Shown here: positions 35,420 to 49,399 of the stretch, one piece after another | Layout of the letters: each line of letters starts with the position of its first letter | Position numbering within the stretch: the first letter of the stretch is position 1 | NCBI RefSeq assembly: GCF_963921235.1 | Contig: NC_086097.1 | Location: forward strand, 228,844,001 to 228,908,000 | Direction of reading: 5' to 3' | Origin: Mobula hypostoma | Lineage: Eukaryota | Length of the DNA stretch: 64,000 nucleotides | Notes under the pieces: model-generated | Told to the model about the DNA's origin: nothing | Seen by the model: the letters and a program-made list of their open reading frames with translations, nothing else | The model's database searches: none | Position numbers and translations under genes: made by a program

Positions 35420-38400
35420 CATAAGACTGAGACAGAGGAGCAGAATTAGGCCACCCGGTCTATAAAGTCTGCTCCGCCATTCCATCACGGCTGATATATT
35501 ATCCCTCGCAACCCTGCTCTTCTGCCTTCTCCCCGTAACCTTTGAAACCCCTACTAACCAAGAAACTATCAACTTCTGCTTTAAATATTCTCAATGACTT
35601 GGCCACCACAGCTGTCTGTGACAACAAATTCCACAGATTCACCACTTTCTGGCTAAAGAAATTCCTTCTCACCTCTGTTCCAAAATGGACGTCCTTCTAT
35701 TCTAAGGCTTTGCCCTGTAGTCGTAGGTGCACCCACTATAGGAAACATCCTCTCCACGTCCACTCTGTCTGGGCCTTTCAATATTCAATAGGTTGCAATG
35801 AAACCCCCTCTCATTCTTCTGAACACCAGTGAGTACAGGACGGAGCCATCAAATGCTCCTCATACTTTAACCCTTTCATTTCCAGAGTTATTTTCGCAAA
35901 CCTCCCCTGGACCCTGCTCAATGCCAGGATATCTTTACTTAGTTAAGAGGCCCAAAGCTACTCACAATACTCCAAGTGTCGTCTAACCAATGCCTTTTAA
36001 AGCCTCAGCATCACGTCTTTATTGTTATATTCTGGTCCTTTCAAAATGAATGCTAACGTTCACCTTCCTTACCACCAATTCAACCCGCAAGTTAACTTTT
36101 AGAGGATTCCTACACAAGGACTCCGAAGTCCCTTTGCACCTCTGATTTTTGAATTTTCTTCCTGTTTAGAAAATAGTCTATGCCTTTTTTTCTTTTTACC
36201 AAAGTGCATGACCATGCACTCCCTTACACTATATTCCATCTGCTACATCTGTGCCCATTCTGTGCATGTCCTTCTGCAAACTCCCTGCATTCTCAACATT
36301 ACCTGCCCCCTCACCTATCTTTGTATCGTCTGCAAACTTGGCCACAAAGCTGGCAATTCCATCGTACTAATCATTGATATATAATGTGAAAAGAAGCAGT
36401 CTCGATACTAACCCCTGCAGAACACCACTTGTCATAAGCAGCCACCCAGAATAGCCACGTTTATTCCAATTCTGCCTCCTGCCAATCACCCAATCTTACT
36501 TTCATGCTTGTATCTTTTCTATAATGCCATGAGCTCTTATCATGAGCAACCTCAAGTGTGGCACCTTGTCAAAGGCCTTCTGAAAATCGAAGTAAACAAT
36601 GTCCACTGACCCTATTTCATCTATCCTGCCTGTTATTTCCTCAAGGAAATCCAACAGATTTGTCTGGCAAAATTTCCCCTTAAGGAAACTATGCTGACAT
36701 TGGCCTACTTTAACATGTGCCTCCAAGTACCCGGAAACCTTATCCTTAATAATGGGCACCAACATCTTCCCAACCACTGAAGTCAGGCTAGCTAACCTAT
36801 AGTTTCCTTACTCCTGCTTTCCTCCCTTCTTAAAGAGTGGAGTGATATTTGCAATTTTGCAGTCCTCTAGAACCATTCCAGAATCTAGTGATTCTTGACA
36901 AATCATTACTAATGCCTCCACAATCTCTTCAACTAACCCTTTCAGAATGCTGGGGTGTAGTCCATCTGGTCCAGGTAACTTATCTACCTTCAGACCTTTC
37001 AGCTTCCCAAGCACCTTCTCCTTAGTAATAGCAACTACGCTCACTTCTGCCCCCGACACTCTTGAATTTCTAGCATACTGCTAGTGTCTTCCACAGTGAA
37101 GACTGATGCAAAGTACTTACTAAGTTGCTCCATTATTTCTTTGTCCTCCATTACTACCTCTCCAATGTCATTTTCCAGTAGTCCAATATCCACTCTCGCC
37201 TCTCATTTACTCTTTATATATCTGAGAAAACTTTTGATATTCTCCTTTATATTATTGACTAGCTTATATTCATTTTTCATTTTTTTTTCTCCTTACGGCT
37301 GTTTTAGTTGCCCTCTGTTGGTTTTTAAGGTTTCCCAATCCTTTAACTTCTCACTGAATTTTTGTTAGGTATATATTACATGCCCTCTCTTTTGCTTTTA
37401 TGCTGTCTAACTTCCTTTGTTGTCCATGGTTGCCTTATCCTCCCTTTGAACTACTTCTTCACCTTCGGGATGTATCTACCCCGAGTGTTATGAATTGTCC
37501 CCAGAAACTCCAGCCATTGCTGTCCTGCCATCATCCCTGCTAGCACCCCTTTCAATCAACTTTGGCCAGCTCATGCCTCTGTAGTTCTCTTTCCTCGAAT
37601 GTAATACTGATACATCTGACTTTATCTTCTCCCTCTCAAACTGCAGGGTGAATTCTATTATATTGTGATCATTGTCTCCCAAGGGTTCCTTTACCTTAAT
37701 CTCCCTGATCAAATTTGGTTAATTACAGAACTCCCAATCCTGAATTGCCTTTCCCGCAGTGGGCTCAGCCACAAGCTACTCTAAAAAGCCATCTCGTAGG
37801 GATTCAAAAATTCAAAACTCTTTCGAATTTGTACCTCTGATTCAAAAAATCAAAGGTGAAACGAAAGTTAGGAGTCCTTGTGAAGGATTCCCTAAAGGTT
37901 AACTTTTTGTGCCAGTGGTAAGGAAAGCAAATGCAGTGTTAGCATTCATTTCAAGAGGACTAGAAGATAAGAACAAGGATATAGTGCTGAGGCTGTATCA
38001 GGGACTGGTGAAGCCTCACTTGGATTATTGTGAGCAGTTTTGGCCTCCTTATCTAAGAAAGGATTGAAGAGGGTTTAGAGGAGGTTTAGGGAATGATTCC
38101 AAGAATGAAAAGGTTATTGTATGAGTAGTATTGGATGGTTTTGGGCATGCACTCACTGAAGTTTAGAAGAATGGTGGGAGAGAAACTCATTGAAACCTAT
38201 CAAAGTCTGGATAGAGTAGTAGGGTTAATGTTTCCTGAGTAAGTGGGTGAGTCTCGGACCAGAGAGCACAGCCTTAGACTAAAGGGATGTTCATTTAGAA
38301 CTGAAATGAGAAGGAATTTCTGTAGCCAAAGGGTAGTGAATCTGTGGAATTAATTGCCACAGTTATTGGGTATATTTAAAGTGAGCTTGTTAAGTCCTTG

Positions 38401-38745
38401 ATTAGTCAGGGTGTCAAAGGAGAAGGCAGGAGAAGGGGCTGAGAGGGATAATAAATCAGCGATGATGGAATGGCGGAGCAGATTCATTGGGCCGAGTAGC
38501 CTAACTCTGCTCCTGTATCTTATGGTCTTACTCTACAAATTCTCTCTCTCGGGATCCAGCACCAACGTGATTTTCCCAATCTACCTGCATATTGAAATCC
38601 CCCATGACAATTGTAACATTGCCCTTATTACATGCCTTTTCTATTTCTCATTGAAAATTATGTCCCACATCCCGGCTACTGTTCCGGTACATAACTCCAT
38701 CAGGGATTTTTTACCCTTGCAGTTTCTTAACTCTAGCCACAAGTT
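35420..38745 (-). mobile_element. CR1 LINE (3' end to endonuclease region), interrupted at about 37805-38530 by a + strand CR1 piece
   Basis: ORFs 36502-36777 (VYFDFQKAFDKVPH), 36808-37059 (LKVDKLPGPDGLHP) and 37488-37712 (EPLGDNDHNIIEF). Sequence resumes at 38531 collinear with the copy at 52790-53020. Confidence 0.88.
37845..38530 (+). mobile_element. CR1 3' fragment nested in opposite orientation
   Basis: Reverse complement of the 35420-36170 / 51425-52130 type. Ends CTCTGCTCCTGTATCTTATGGTCTTA. Confidence 0.82.
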
Positions 38746-41100
38746 TCATAGAAACATAGAAAACCTACAGCACAATACAGGCACTTCGGCCCACAAAGTT
38801 GTGCCGAACATTTCCTTACCTTAGAAATTACTAGGCTTACCCAGAGCCCTCTATTTTTCTAAGCTCCATGTACCTATCCAAAAGTCTCTAAAAAGCCTCA
38901 TATCCGCCTCCACCACCGTTGCCGGCAGCCCATTCCACGCACTCACCAATCTCTGAGTTAAAAACTTACTCCTGACATCTCCTCTGTACGCACTCCCCAG
39001 CACCTTAAACCTGTGTTCTCTTGCCTCTGACTATCCACACGATCGATGCCTCTCAACATCTTATACACCTCTGTCAGGTCACCTCTCATCCTCCGTCACT
39101 CCAAGGAGAAAAGGCCAAATTCACTCAACCTGTTTTCATTAGGCATGCTCCCCAATCCAGGAAACATCCTTGTACATCTCATCTGCACCCTTTCTATGGC
39201 TTCCACATCCTTCCTGTAGTGAGGCAATCAGAACTGAGCACAGTACTCCAAGTGGGGTCTAACCAGGATCCTATGTAGCTGCAACATTACCTCTCAGCTC
39301 CTAAATTCAATTCCATGATTGATGAAGGCCAATACACCATATGCCTTCTTAACCACAAAGTCAACCTGTGCAGATGCTTTGAGCGTCCTGTGGACTCAGA
39401 CCCCAAGATCCCTTTGATCCTCCACACTGCCAAGAGTCTTACCATTAATACTATCTTCTGCCATCGTATTTGACCTACCAAAATGAACCACTTCACACTT
39501 ATCTGGGTTGAACTCCATCTGCCACTTCTCAGCCCAGTTTTGCAACCTTTCAATGTCCCGCTGTAACCTCTGACAGCCCTCCACACTATCCACAACACCT
39601 CCAACCTTTGTGTCATCGGCAAACTTACTAACCCATCCCTCCACTTCATTTACAAACTTCACGAAGAGTAAGGGTCCCAGAACAGATCCCTGAGGCACAC
39701 TACTGGTCACCGACCTCCATGCAAAAAATGACCTGTCTACAACCACTCTTTGCCTTCTGTGGGCAAGCTAGTTCTGGATCCACAAAGCAATGTCCCCTTG
39801 GATCCCATGCCTCCTTACTTTCTCAATTAGCCTTGCATGGGGTACCTTATCAAATGCCTTGCTGAAATCCATATACACTACATCTACTGCTCTTCCTCCA
39901 GCAATGTGTTCAGTAACATCCTCAAAAAATTCAATCAGGCTCGTAAGGCACGACTTGCCCTTGACAAAGCCATGCTGACTATTCCTAATCATATTATACC
40001 TCTCCAAATGTTCATAAATCCTGCTTCTCAGGATCTTCTCCATCAACTTACCAACCACTGAGGTAAGACTCACTGGTCTATAATTTCTTGGGCTATCTCC
40101 ACTCCCTTTCTTGAATAAAGGAACAACATCCGCAACCCTCCAGTCCTCTGGAACCTCTCCCATCCCTATTGATGATACAAAGATCATCGCCAGAGGCTCA
40201 GCAATCTCCTCCCTCGCCTCCTACAGTAGCCTGGGGTACATCTCATCTGGTCCCAGCGACTTATCCAACGATGCTTTCCAAAAGCTCCAGCACATCCTCT
40301 TTCTTAATATCTACATGCTCAAGCTTTTCAGTCCTCTGCAAGTCAGCACTACAATCACCAAGATCCTTTTCCACAGTGAATACTGAAGTATTCATTACGT
40401 ACCTCTGCTATTTCCTCCGGTTCCATACACACTTCCCCACTGTCACACTTGATAGATGCTATTGTTTCACGTCTTATCCTCTTGCTCTTCACATACTTGT
40501 AGAATGCCTTGGGATTTTCCTTAATCCTGTCCACCAAGGCCTTCTCATGGCCTGTTTTGGCTCTCCTAATTTCCTTCTTAAGCTCCTTCCTGTTAGCCTT
40601 ATAATCTTCTAGATCTCTAACATTACCTAGCTCTCTGAACCTTTTGTAAGCTTTTCTTCTTGACTAGTTTTATTACAGCCTTTGTACACCACAGTTCCTG
40701 TACCCTACCATAACTCCCCTGTTTCATTGGAACGTACCTGTGCAGAACTCCATACAAATATCCACTGAACATTTGCTACATTTCTTCCGTACTTTTCCCT
40801 GAGAACATCTATTCCCAATTTAAGCTTCCAATTTCCTGCCTGATAGCCTCATAATTCCCCTTACTCCAATTAAACACTTTTCTAACTTGTCTGTTCCTAT
40901 CTCTCTCCAATGCTATTGTAAAGGAGATAGAATTATGATCACTCTCTCCAAAATGCTCTCCCACTGAGAGATCTGACACCTGACCAGGTTCATTTCCCAA
41001 TTCAAGTCAAGTACAGCCTCTTCTCTTGTAGGTTTATCTGCATATTGTGTCAAGAAACCTTCCTGAACACACATAACAAACTCCACCTCATCTAAACCTT
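38746..41100 (-). mobile_element. Younger CR1 LINE, 5'-truncated, ORF2 fragments
   Basis: ORFs 39396-39746 (VPQGSVLGPLLF..FADDTK), 39768-40187 (VPEDWRVADVVPLFKKG..YMDFSKAFDKVPH) and 40809-41000 (GEHFGESDHNSISF). (CATAGAAA)n tail at 38747. Confidence 0.92.
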
Positions 41101-41709
41101 TTTAAGTATTCTTCCTAAATATTATAAAATTAAATTAAGTATTCATTTAAGTATTCTTCCTAAATATTATAAAATTTATCTAAGAATTAGTTATGAATTA
41201 TTTTCCTAAACACAGCAAATTCTCACTTGAAATCAATCAAACTGTACTTTATGGGATTCCATAACAAGGATAAAATTCGGCATGAGCCATCTCAGTTATT
41301 GCCTTGGGCACCCATGTTAAAGATCCTCAACATCTGGATATGCTCTCTTCACCTTACTACCATCGAGGAGGAGGTACAGGAACCTGAAAACCCACATTCA
41401 ATGTTTTAAAAGTAGCTTCGTCTCTCCACCTTCAGATTTCTGAATGGTCCATGAACCCGTAAGAACTATCTCATTGTCCATCTTGGCACTATTTACATTT
41501 TTAACCTAGGGGAATGTTATGACTTGCACTGTACTTCTGCCACAAAAGAACAAATTTCACAATATATCGATGTTCAAAGTAAATTTAATATCAAAGTACG
41601 TATATGCTACCATATAGTACATTGAGACCCATTTTCTTGCAGTCATTCACAGCAAGAAAAGAAAAATAGAATAGAGTGTACAAAAAACCATACGTTTACA
41701 GGCAAAGAC

Positions 41710-42220
41710 CATTAGACATAGGAGCAGAATTAGGCCATTTGGCCTATCGAACCTGCTTTGCCATTCCATCATGGCTGAATCATTATCCCTCTCAACCCTA
41801 TTCTCCTGCCTTTTCCTCGTAATTCTGGTAGCCCTTGTTAATCAAGAACCTATCGAACTCTGTTTAAAATATACCCAATGACTTGGCCTCCACACCTGTC
41901 TGTGGCAATAAATTCCACAGATTCACCACCCTCTGGCTAAAGAAATCCATCCTCATTTCTATTTTGAAGGGACGTCATTCTATTCTGAGGCTGTGCCCAC
42001 TGGTCCTAGGCTCCCCTACTATTGGAAACATTCTCGCAACGTCCACTCTAACTTAGCCTTTCAATATTAGATGGGTTTCAACGAGACTTCCCCCACCCCG
42101 CCCCATTCTTCTAAACTCCACTGAGTACAGGCCCAGAGCATTCAAACATTCCTCAGACGTTAATCCTTTCATTCCCAGGATCATCCTCCTGAACCTCCTC
42201 TGGGCCCTGTCCAATCCTTA
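41710..42220 (-). mobile_element. CR1 3' fragment
   Basis: Collinear with 35420-35920 and 62621-63120. Confidence 0.85.
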
Positions 42221-43135
42221 GAATAAGGAGACTGACTAAGAACCAAAGTCAGTGATAATAAACCTGTTTTTTGATTCTGAATTTGAATCTGCACGGAAGT
42301 GGTCCCTCATCAAATTGTCAGGTTCAAAGTTCAAAGTAAATGTATTATTGAAGGACATATTGTACATGTCACCATATACAGCCCTAAGATTCATTTTCTT
42401 GTGGGCATACTCAATAATTGAAATTCATCATATAATTAATGAAAGACCACACCAACCAGTGTGCAAAAGACAACGAACTGTGGAAATACAAAAAAGCAAT
42501 AATAATAATAAACAAATAAGCAATTAATATCAAGGACACAAGACGAAGAGTCTTTGAAAGTGAGCCCATAGATTGCAGGAATAATTCAGTGATTGGACAA
42601 GTGAAATTGAGTGAAGTTATCCCCTTTGGTGGTGTGAGTCCTGAGGCTCCTGAACCTTCTTCCTGATGCTTTTCTTTTGCCAGAGATCAGAGAATGGATA
42701 AGATGTCTGAGTGCGACCACCAGCTGTAACTTAGGGATGTGATATAAAAGTAATCAGACCAACCACTTCTTCGTGCAAAGAATCCACAGAAGATATCAAG
42801 AACATCAGTTTATTCTTTAGACTTATCACTCTTTTTGCAATGGACAGTAGCTGTGATGCGTGCAGTTCCAGATTAGTGAAAGGGGGTCAATAGAATTCTA
42901 CAACCAGTTAAGGCAAAAAACAGTAAACTTGTCTTCAGCGGACATCGGCTAACTTGCTCACTTGTTGATATGCATATTGAGGCATCGGTATTCTCTTCCC
43001 ACAGGACAATAAATTTACTTCCCTCATTTGAAACCCGTTGTACTTAGATGGCCACCTTGAACTGATGCACTGTTCTGATGCAACGTGGTTCTGTGGTAAA
43101 ATGCACAAGTTCACGCTATATGTATTATTTTACAG

Positions 43136-43314
43136 ACATGGAAGTGAAGCAAATCAACAAGCGTGCCTCAGGTCAATCTTTTGAGGTGATCTTGAAGCCA
43201 CCTTCCCCAGAAGCAATGCCGGCTCTGGACCGAACTCTGTCACCTCCAAAGAAGAAGGACCTCTCTTTGGATGAGATTCAGAAGAAGCTCGAGGCAGCAG
43301 AGGACAGGAGGAAG
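43136..43314 (+). CDS. STMN2: Stathmin-2 coding exon 3 (phosphoregulatory region, start of stathmin domain)
   Basis: tattttacag|AC ATG GAA GTG...AGG AGG AAG|gtaaaa, 179 nt. Encodes [25 protein letters not shown]...[22 protein letters not shown]. Confidence 0.96.
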
Positions 43315-43415
43315 GTAAAAACTGTGCTTTGGATTGTGCTGGATAAAATAATAGTGAAGAAAATGAAAAGCTTCTCTTGGAGATGTGATGCAGAACCAGA
43401 TAAGTTGGAGATCAT

Positions 43416-43926
43416 AAACACAAGAGATTCTGCAGATGCTGGAAATCCAGAGGAACATCCACAAAACGCTGGAGGAACTCAGCAGCATCTGTGGAGAGGA
43501 ATGATCAATGCAAAGTTTTGGGCTGAGACCGTTTATCAGAACTGGAATGGAAGGGGGAAGCAGATAGAATAAGAAGGTGGGGAGGGGACGGAGTACAAGC
43601 TGGCAGATGATAGGTGAAACCAAATGAAGGGAAAGGTATGTCGGTGGGGGAGGAGAGATGAAGTGAGAAGCAGGGAGGTCGTAGATTGGAAAGGTAGAGG
43701 GCTGAAGAAGAAAGAATCTGATAGGAGAGGAGAGGGTACCATGGGAGAAAGGGAAGGAAGAGGGGTACCAGAGGGAGGTGATGGGCAGGTGAGGAGAAGG
43801 GGTAAGAGGAGAGCCACAATAGGAAATGGAAAAAGAGAGAAGGGGGTTGAGAAATTACCGGAAGTTAGAGAAATCAATGTTTGTGCAATCAGGTTGGGAG
43901 CCACTCTCCATCCTGATGGCATAAAG
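43416..43926 (-). mobile_element. Penelope-like element 3' end (end of ORF, UTR/pLTR) with 5' fold-back
   Basis: The reverse strand carries ..QPD..NIDFSNFR* near 43855-43897, a pyrimidine-rich UTR and a degenerate hammerhead (43510-43545). Homologous to 56518-56980. Confidence 0.8.
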
Positions 43927-45074
43927 AGTTAGAGATCAGTTTCTGTTCTGAGTGGATTTAGTTAAACTAATCTAATCTAATCTAATCTAACTGGCAGTGG
44001 GAGTGTTATTACAGTTCTGTATGCACTAATGGTATTAGGAATATCAGGAATCAGGACTAAAGCAAGATACCATAGTTCCCATGGCTGAAGGTTCACCAGC
44101 ACTCACAATCCATGTTATTTAAAGCGGGGGTTAACTGGTTCTTAATTAGTAAGGGCGTCAAAGGTTCCAGACAGAAGGCAGGAGAATGGGGTTGAGAGGG
44201 AAAATATATCAGCCAGGATCAAATGGTGGAGCAAACTGGATGGACTGAATGGCCTAATTCAGCTCCTTTGTCTTCTGGTCTTGTGCTGTCATGTTCTGGT
44301 TGTTCTGGGCTGGAAGGAACAGTGTAGAGAGTCAGTCATTGGGAGCTGACACCGTCTGCCTCAAGACAACAATGGGGAAGGAAATTTGAAATAATTTTGT
44401 AAATAAACTAATTTTTAATACATTTAATATTATGTTAATATTATGATACTTCAAAGTATAATATAACAATATCAGTCGTACAGAAATTCAAAGAGAAGTG
44501 TAAGAGAAGCAGGTTTCTAACACAAGACATGGGTCAGGCATTGACAGATATACTGATCTGTTTCACAGTGGAATTAGCTTGAATAGCTACAACACAGGCC
44601 CCCTGAACTCTTGATTCAATTTGGCACCAACATATTTAACTTGCACAAAACATTCTGAGACTGATGCGGCCTGACCTACTGAGGGTTGTCAGCACTTTCT
44701 GTTTTTGATTCCGATTTCCAGCATCTGCAATATATCTTTTTGACCCTGTGCTGGCCTTTGACCTTGCCCATAAGCTGCATGTAACTAAAGCAGGTTCATT
44801 CGCCACCGAATACGGCTGACAGTTGGTAAGAATTTCAGAACAAAATAACAACTTCCATTACACTCCATTATATTACTAATCCTGGGATTGTTATTGGATA
44901 TGATAATTTAGCAGAAATGCTTTGGTTGAGAGTTTTGAGAGTGATAGAACAAAGCATCACATGTAGTAAGATAGAAATGAAGGATGTACATAAAGTTTGT
45001 TATAGAAGTTCACTGCAGTAAGAGTAATTACTGAAAACATCTGAGCCATACTTTCATGATGTGCTTTGTAATTA

Positions 45075-45311
45075 AGTTTGAAGGTGCTTGGAAGTAGGTA
45101 CAGAGGAGATGTCAGGGTTAGCTTTTACGCAGAGGGTGGTGAGTGCGTGGAATGGGTCTTTTAAGAGACTCCTGGATGGCTGCGTGGAGCTTAGAAAAAT
45201 AGAGGGCTATGGGTAAAGCCTAGGTAGTTCTAAGGTAGGGACATGTTCGGCACAGCTTTGTGGGCCGAAGGGCCTGTATTGTGCTGTAAGTTTTCCATAT
45301 TTCTATGTTTC
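45075..45311 (+). mobile_element. CR1 3' end (young subfamily)
   Basis: Reverse complement of 38746-39010 and 49583-49855, with an internal deletion. Confidence 0.85.
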
Positions 45312-45489
45312 AATAAGAGAATCAGTTAGGTTGCACTCACAAACAGACATGACCACGTGGTTCTTAGTTTTGTCATTTAAAGCTGGCTAATTAAAATACA
45401 AAACTAAATTTCAAAACTGGCCAGTGGCAGCACTTGCAGTGTGATCCATTTTGGACAGCCCAATCCTGTTAAATCTGGTAAAAATTCAT

Positions 45490-45812
45490 AGATTAGCCTT
45501 ATTTGTCACATGGACATTGAAACCTACAATGAAATGTGTTGTTTGTGTCAAATCAAATCAAATCAGCAGGGATTGTGATGGGGGCAGCCTGGAAGTTTTG
45601 TCACATTCCCAATGAAAATCATAGCCTACCCACCACTCGCTAACGCTGTCCGTGCGTCTTTGGAATGCGGGAGAAAACTGGATCACTTGCAGGAAAGCCA
45701 TACGGTCACAAGGAGAACATACAAAATCCCTGACAGATGGTGCCGAGAATCAAACCCCAATCTTACAGCTGGCACTCTAAAGCAATTATGCTAACCGCTA
45801 CACCACCATGAT
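45490..45812 (-). mobile_element. tRNA-derived SINE (HE1/V-type)
   Basis: CGTCTTTGGAATGCGGGAGAAAACTGGA core and TGCTAACCGCTACACCACCATG head on + (A-box on -). Confidence 0.75.
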
Positions 45813-45859
45813 GGCACTAGAATTACTGTGACGCAGCAACCAGCCACCCTGCAAGTCTG

Positions 45860-46296
45860 TGGTGGTAGGAAGGGGCCACTGCACAGGATCGGAAACAGCT
45901 GCCGTGCGTTGCAAAGTCAGCCAGCTCAATCATGGACACCAGCCTCCCCAGCATCGAGGTTATCTTCAAAAGGGCATCATCATTTAGGACCCCAAACACC
46001 AGGGTCTTATCATTACCGTCATGGCAGAGGTACAGGAGTCTGATGACACACAATCAACACTGCAGGAACAACTTCTTATCCTCCGCCATCGGATTTCTGA
46101 ATGGAAAATGAACCATCCCATGAACGCTACCTCATGATTTTTCCTAATTTTTTTTGCATTTATTGTTTAATTTAATTATTTTACATATTTATTTACTTTA
46201 ATTTATAGTTTTTTTATATATTGCACTGTACAGCTGCCACAAAATAACAAATTTAACAACATATATCCCAGTGATATTAAACCTGATTGTGATTCC
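45860..46296 (+). mobile_element. Rex1/Babar-type LINE 3' fragment
   Basis: TTACCGTCATGGCAGAGGTACAGGAGTCTG..CAGGAACAACTTCTTATCCTCCGCCATC (LPS.RYRSL..SF.P.AI-like). Tail ATTAAACCTGATTGTGATTC. Confidence 0.7.
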
Positions 46297-46691
46297 AACA
46301 ACATGCAGACTCCACGCAGACAGAAAATCTGAGGCCAGGTCGCCAGAACTGTGAGGTGGCGCTCTACCAACTGCGCCACTGTGGGAAAAGTCTGGTCAAT
46401 TGACTCACTTTAGCAATGCCCAGAATGGAGTTCACCATTGTGTATGGGTCCCTTACACACCTTGCTTCCCTTGTACATCAGGTTCAATTATCCCTGGGTC
46501 TCTTTAACTTAAAGAGATGCTTAATTAATATCTATCAATGCCAAATTGAACAGGGGACCTGAGGTGTACCTATTCAAACTAATTCCATGGTGATAACATA
46601 TTAGTGATATATATAAAATTTTCATAATCATGCTTTCTAAGTTGAAAAAGCTTAGGTAGCCACAACATAGGGCCAATGAACACTAAAGGCA

Positions 46692-46971
46692 TTGCGAGAC
46701 CATGGATCTGCGCCTCTCCGGGGCGCAGGCATGGGCAAGGTTGTATGGAAGACCAGCAGTTGCCCATGCTGCAAGTCTCCCCTCTCCATGACATCAATGT
46801 TGTCCAAGGGAAGGGCATTAGGACCCATACAGCTTGGCAGCAGTGTCGTCGCAGAGCAATGTGTGATTAAGTGCCTTGCTCAAGGACACAACACATTCCC
46901 TCAGCTGGGGCTCGAACTCACGACCTTCAGGTAGCTAGTCCAATGCCTTAATCACTTGGCCACGTGCCCAC
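46692..46971 (-). mobile_element. tRNA-derived SINE with CORE-like domain
   Basis: Minus strand: A-box TGGCCAAGTG, B-box GAGTTCGAGCC, then GTGTCCTTGAGCAAGGCACTTAA (CORE-like). Confidence 0.75.
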
Positions 46972-47978
46972 ATCAATGAATACTAAATTAATGTAATACA
47001 TAATAAAGCAGAAGATATTAATCTTTATGATTTATAATTTAAATTTTTAATATTTACTAATTCTAACTATTTTTAATATTTAATATTTGTAATCCAGGGA
47101 GCGTGAAGTGCAAAATCAAATATTGCTGTGATGATTGTACGTTGTAGTACCAATTGTTAGGCGACAATAAAGTATAAAGTAATCTATCATCTGTCAAAGA
47201 CATTTAGGGGTGATTATTTTATCTTCTGCAAGCCTTAACAGTGAGTTTTGAAGTGTTCGCTGCCAGGGACAGTACATCCAATTTCATTCTTACTCCTCCT
47301 AACATGCCTGGATAGAACATTTTCTGCATAGTCATTCCCAAACCACAATTTGAGAATGGCGCCATCCTTATCATCCACAGATAATCACACAACCTACAGT
47401 TTGATTTTGTTTCGGTCAGCCATTTGCTTAAAGTAGGCAGATCTTTCTCACCCACTTATAGCACTTCCTAAAACTAACTCAGAGCAGTGACTGTTCTCCA
47501 GTGGTAACCTTCTTATGCAAATATGTTACAGCCTTACGGGATCATTTCACAGGTTCCTCTCCTATTTGCCTCCCTATCCCATTCCTAACTCGCTGCCTGA
47601 AGGAATTACTTTAACAACCATCTCCTATCAGACTTGTTTCAGTCTTTGATGTGAAGGTGAGCAGAGGTTCACTTCTCGACTTGACCAAATCACCATGTTT
47701 GGAGCTAATGAGTGAAGAATTTCCTCTAACTCTGCATGAAGAATGCAATGTGCTAAGCAGAGATGGCATCTTTAACCTTAGTGGTTTTGGATTTATCTGA
47801 TTCTGGCTGAAGAACCACTATGCCCCAACAAGCCAATCCACCTCTAACTTAATTGAGGCAGGGAAAATCCTACACTAACCTTAAGTTCAAAATCAGGTCT
47901 TTGACCAAAGAATCGATGAAAAGAGAGGAGAAGCCTTCTAAAACCATATAACCTGTGCACATAATAAAAAAAAATCTG

Positions 47979-49029
47979 CACTCAGTCACCACTTTATTAG
48001 GCACCTCCTGTACTTAACAAAGTAGCCAATGAGGGTGTGCTTGTGGTTTTCTGCTGTTGTAGCCCATCCACTTCAAGGTTCAACGTGTTCTGTGTTCAGA
48101 GATAGTCTTCTGCAATCCACTGTTCTAAAGTGTGCCTGTCTGAGTTACTGTCACCTTCATTCAGCTGGAACCAGTCTGGCCATTCTCCTCTGACCTCTGG
48201 CATTAACACCCCCAGAACTGCCACTTACTGGATTTGTTTTTGTTTTTACACAATTCTCCGTAAACTCTGGAGACTCATGTGCATGAAAATCCCAGTTCGG
48301 CCGTTTCTGAGATACTCAAGCCACCCCATCTGGCACCTACAATCGTTCCATGGTCAAAATCCCTTAGATCACATTTCTTCCTCATTCTGATACTTGGCTC
48401 AGTCCAAGACTGGTAAAATCCTCCCCTCTATTGAGCACATCTACACAGAGCAATGTGACAGGAAAGCAGCATTTAACATCAAGGACTCCCACCACACAGG
48501 CCATGCCCTCTTCTCTCTGCTGCCATCGGGTAAAAGGTACAATGGCCTCAGGACTCACACCACCAGGTTCAGGAACAGTTATTACCCCTCAACCATCGGG
48601 CTCTTGAACCAGTGAGGATAACATCATTCAACTTCACATGCCCCATCGTTGAACTGTTTCCACAACCTATGGACTCACTTTCAAGGACTCTTCATCTTAT
48701 GTTTTCGATTTTTATTGCTTATTTATTATTATTATTATTATTATTATCATTTTCTCTTTTGCATTTGCGCACACTGATTATTTGTCCACCCTATTAGGTA
48801 AGGTTTTTCATTGATTCTGTTATGGTTCTTGGATTTATTGAGTATGCCCCCAAAATAACGAATCTCAGGGTTTATATGGTGACATATATGTACTTCGATT
48901 ACTTTGAACTGTGGTCCAAACAACAACTAAATCTCTTGACCATTTCTGCAAGTTTTTATGCCTTGAGTTGCTGCCACATGATTGGCTGACTAAATACTTA
49001 CATTAACAAGCAGGTGTGGCCACTGGCTG
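47979..49029. mobile_element. Tc1/mariner-like non-autonomous element containing a Rex1 3' fragment (about 48395-48910, +)
   Basis: Left terminus CACTCAGTCACCACTTTATTAGG, right terminus GTGGCCACTGGCTG|TA. Inner ORF 48394-48615 HALFSLLPSGKRY..TTRFRNSYYPSTI with a TTTGAAC tail. Confidence 0.65.
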
Positions 49030-49399
49030 TATATTCCAAGCACAGGGATAAATAATACCACATCACTTACATTAAAGTGAATATAATTTCTTTATTAGGC
49101 CATGTTCACAATTAAATCTAATTCATTGTACTAGTTAAGTACATTTTAACAACTGCTTTTAAGGTGATTATCTTTCATTAATACGAGCGAATGGATGCAT
49201 ATTAGTTATAAAGCACATTGCACTGTTATAAAAATGGTGATTGCTATGCACAATGTACCATAATTTCTCAGTCTGGTCCTTTAGAAATGAAGTTTGAATG
49301 ACTGAAGGAATGCACATGTCACAATAACATTACTTATTTACCGTAGTAAATATGTATACTGTGCTTACTGTAAAATAAATGATTTTATAAATGAATGAT

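Noticed and set aside
43078..43572. 164-aa ORF as a standalone stathmin gene
   Set aside because: Only 43136-43314 is stathmin-like and it is bounded by AG/GT. The rest is intron and antisense Penelope sequence.
46890..46971. tRNA gene
   Set aside because: A and B boxes are present but run straight into a SINE body, with no convincing acceptor stem or terminator. The same applies to the other SINE heads.
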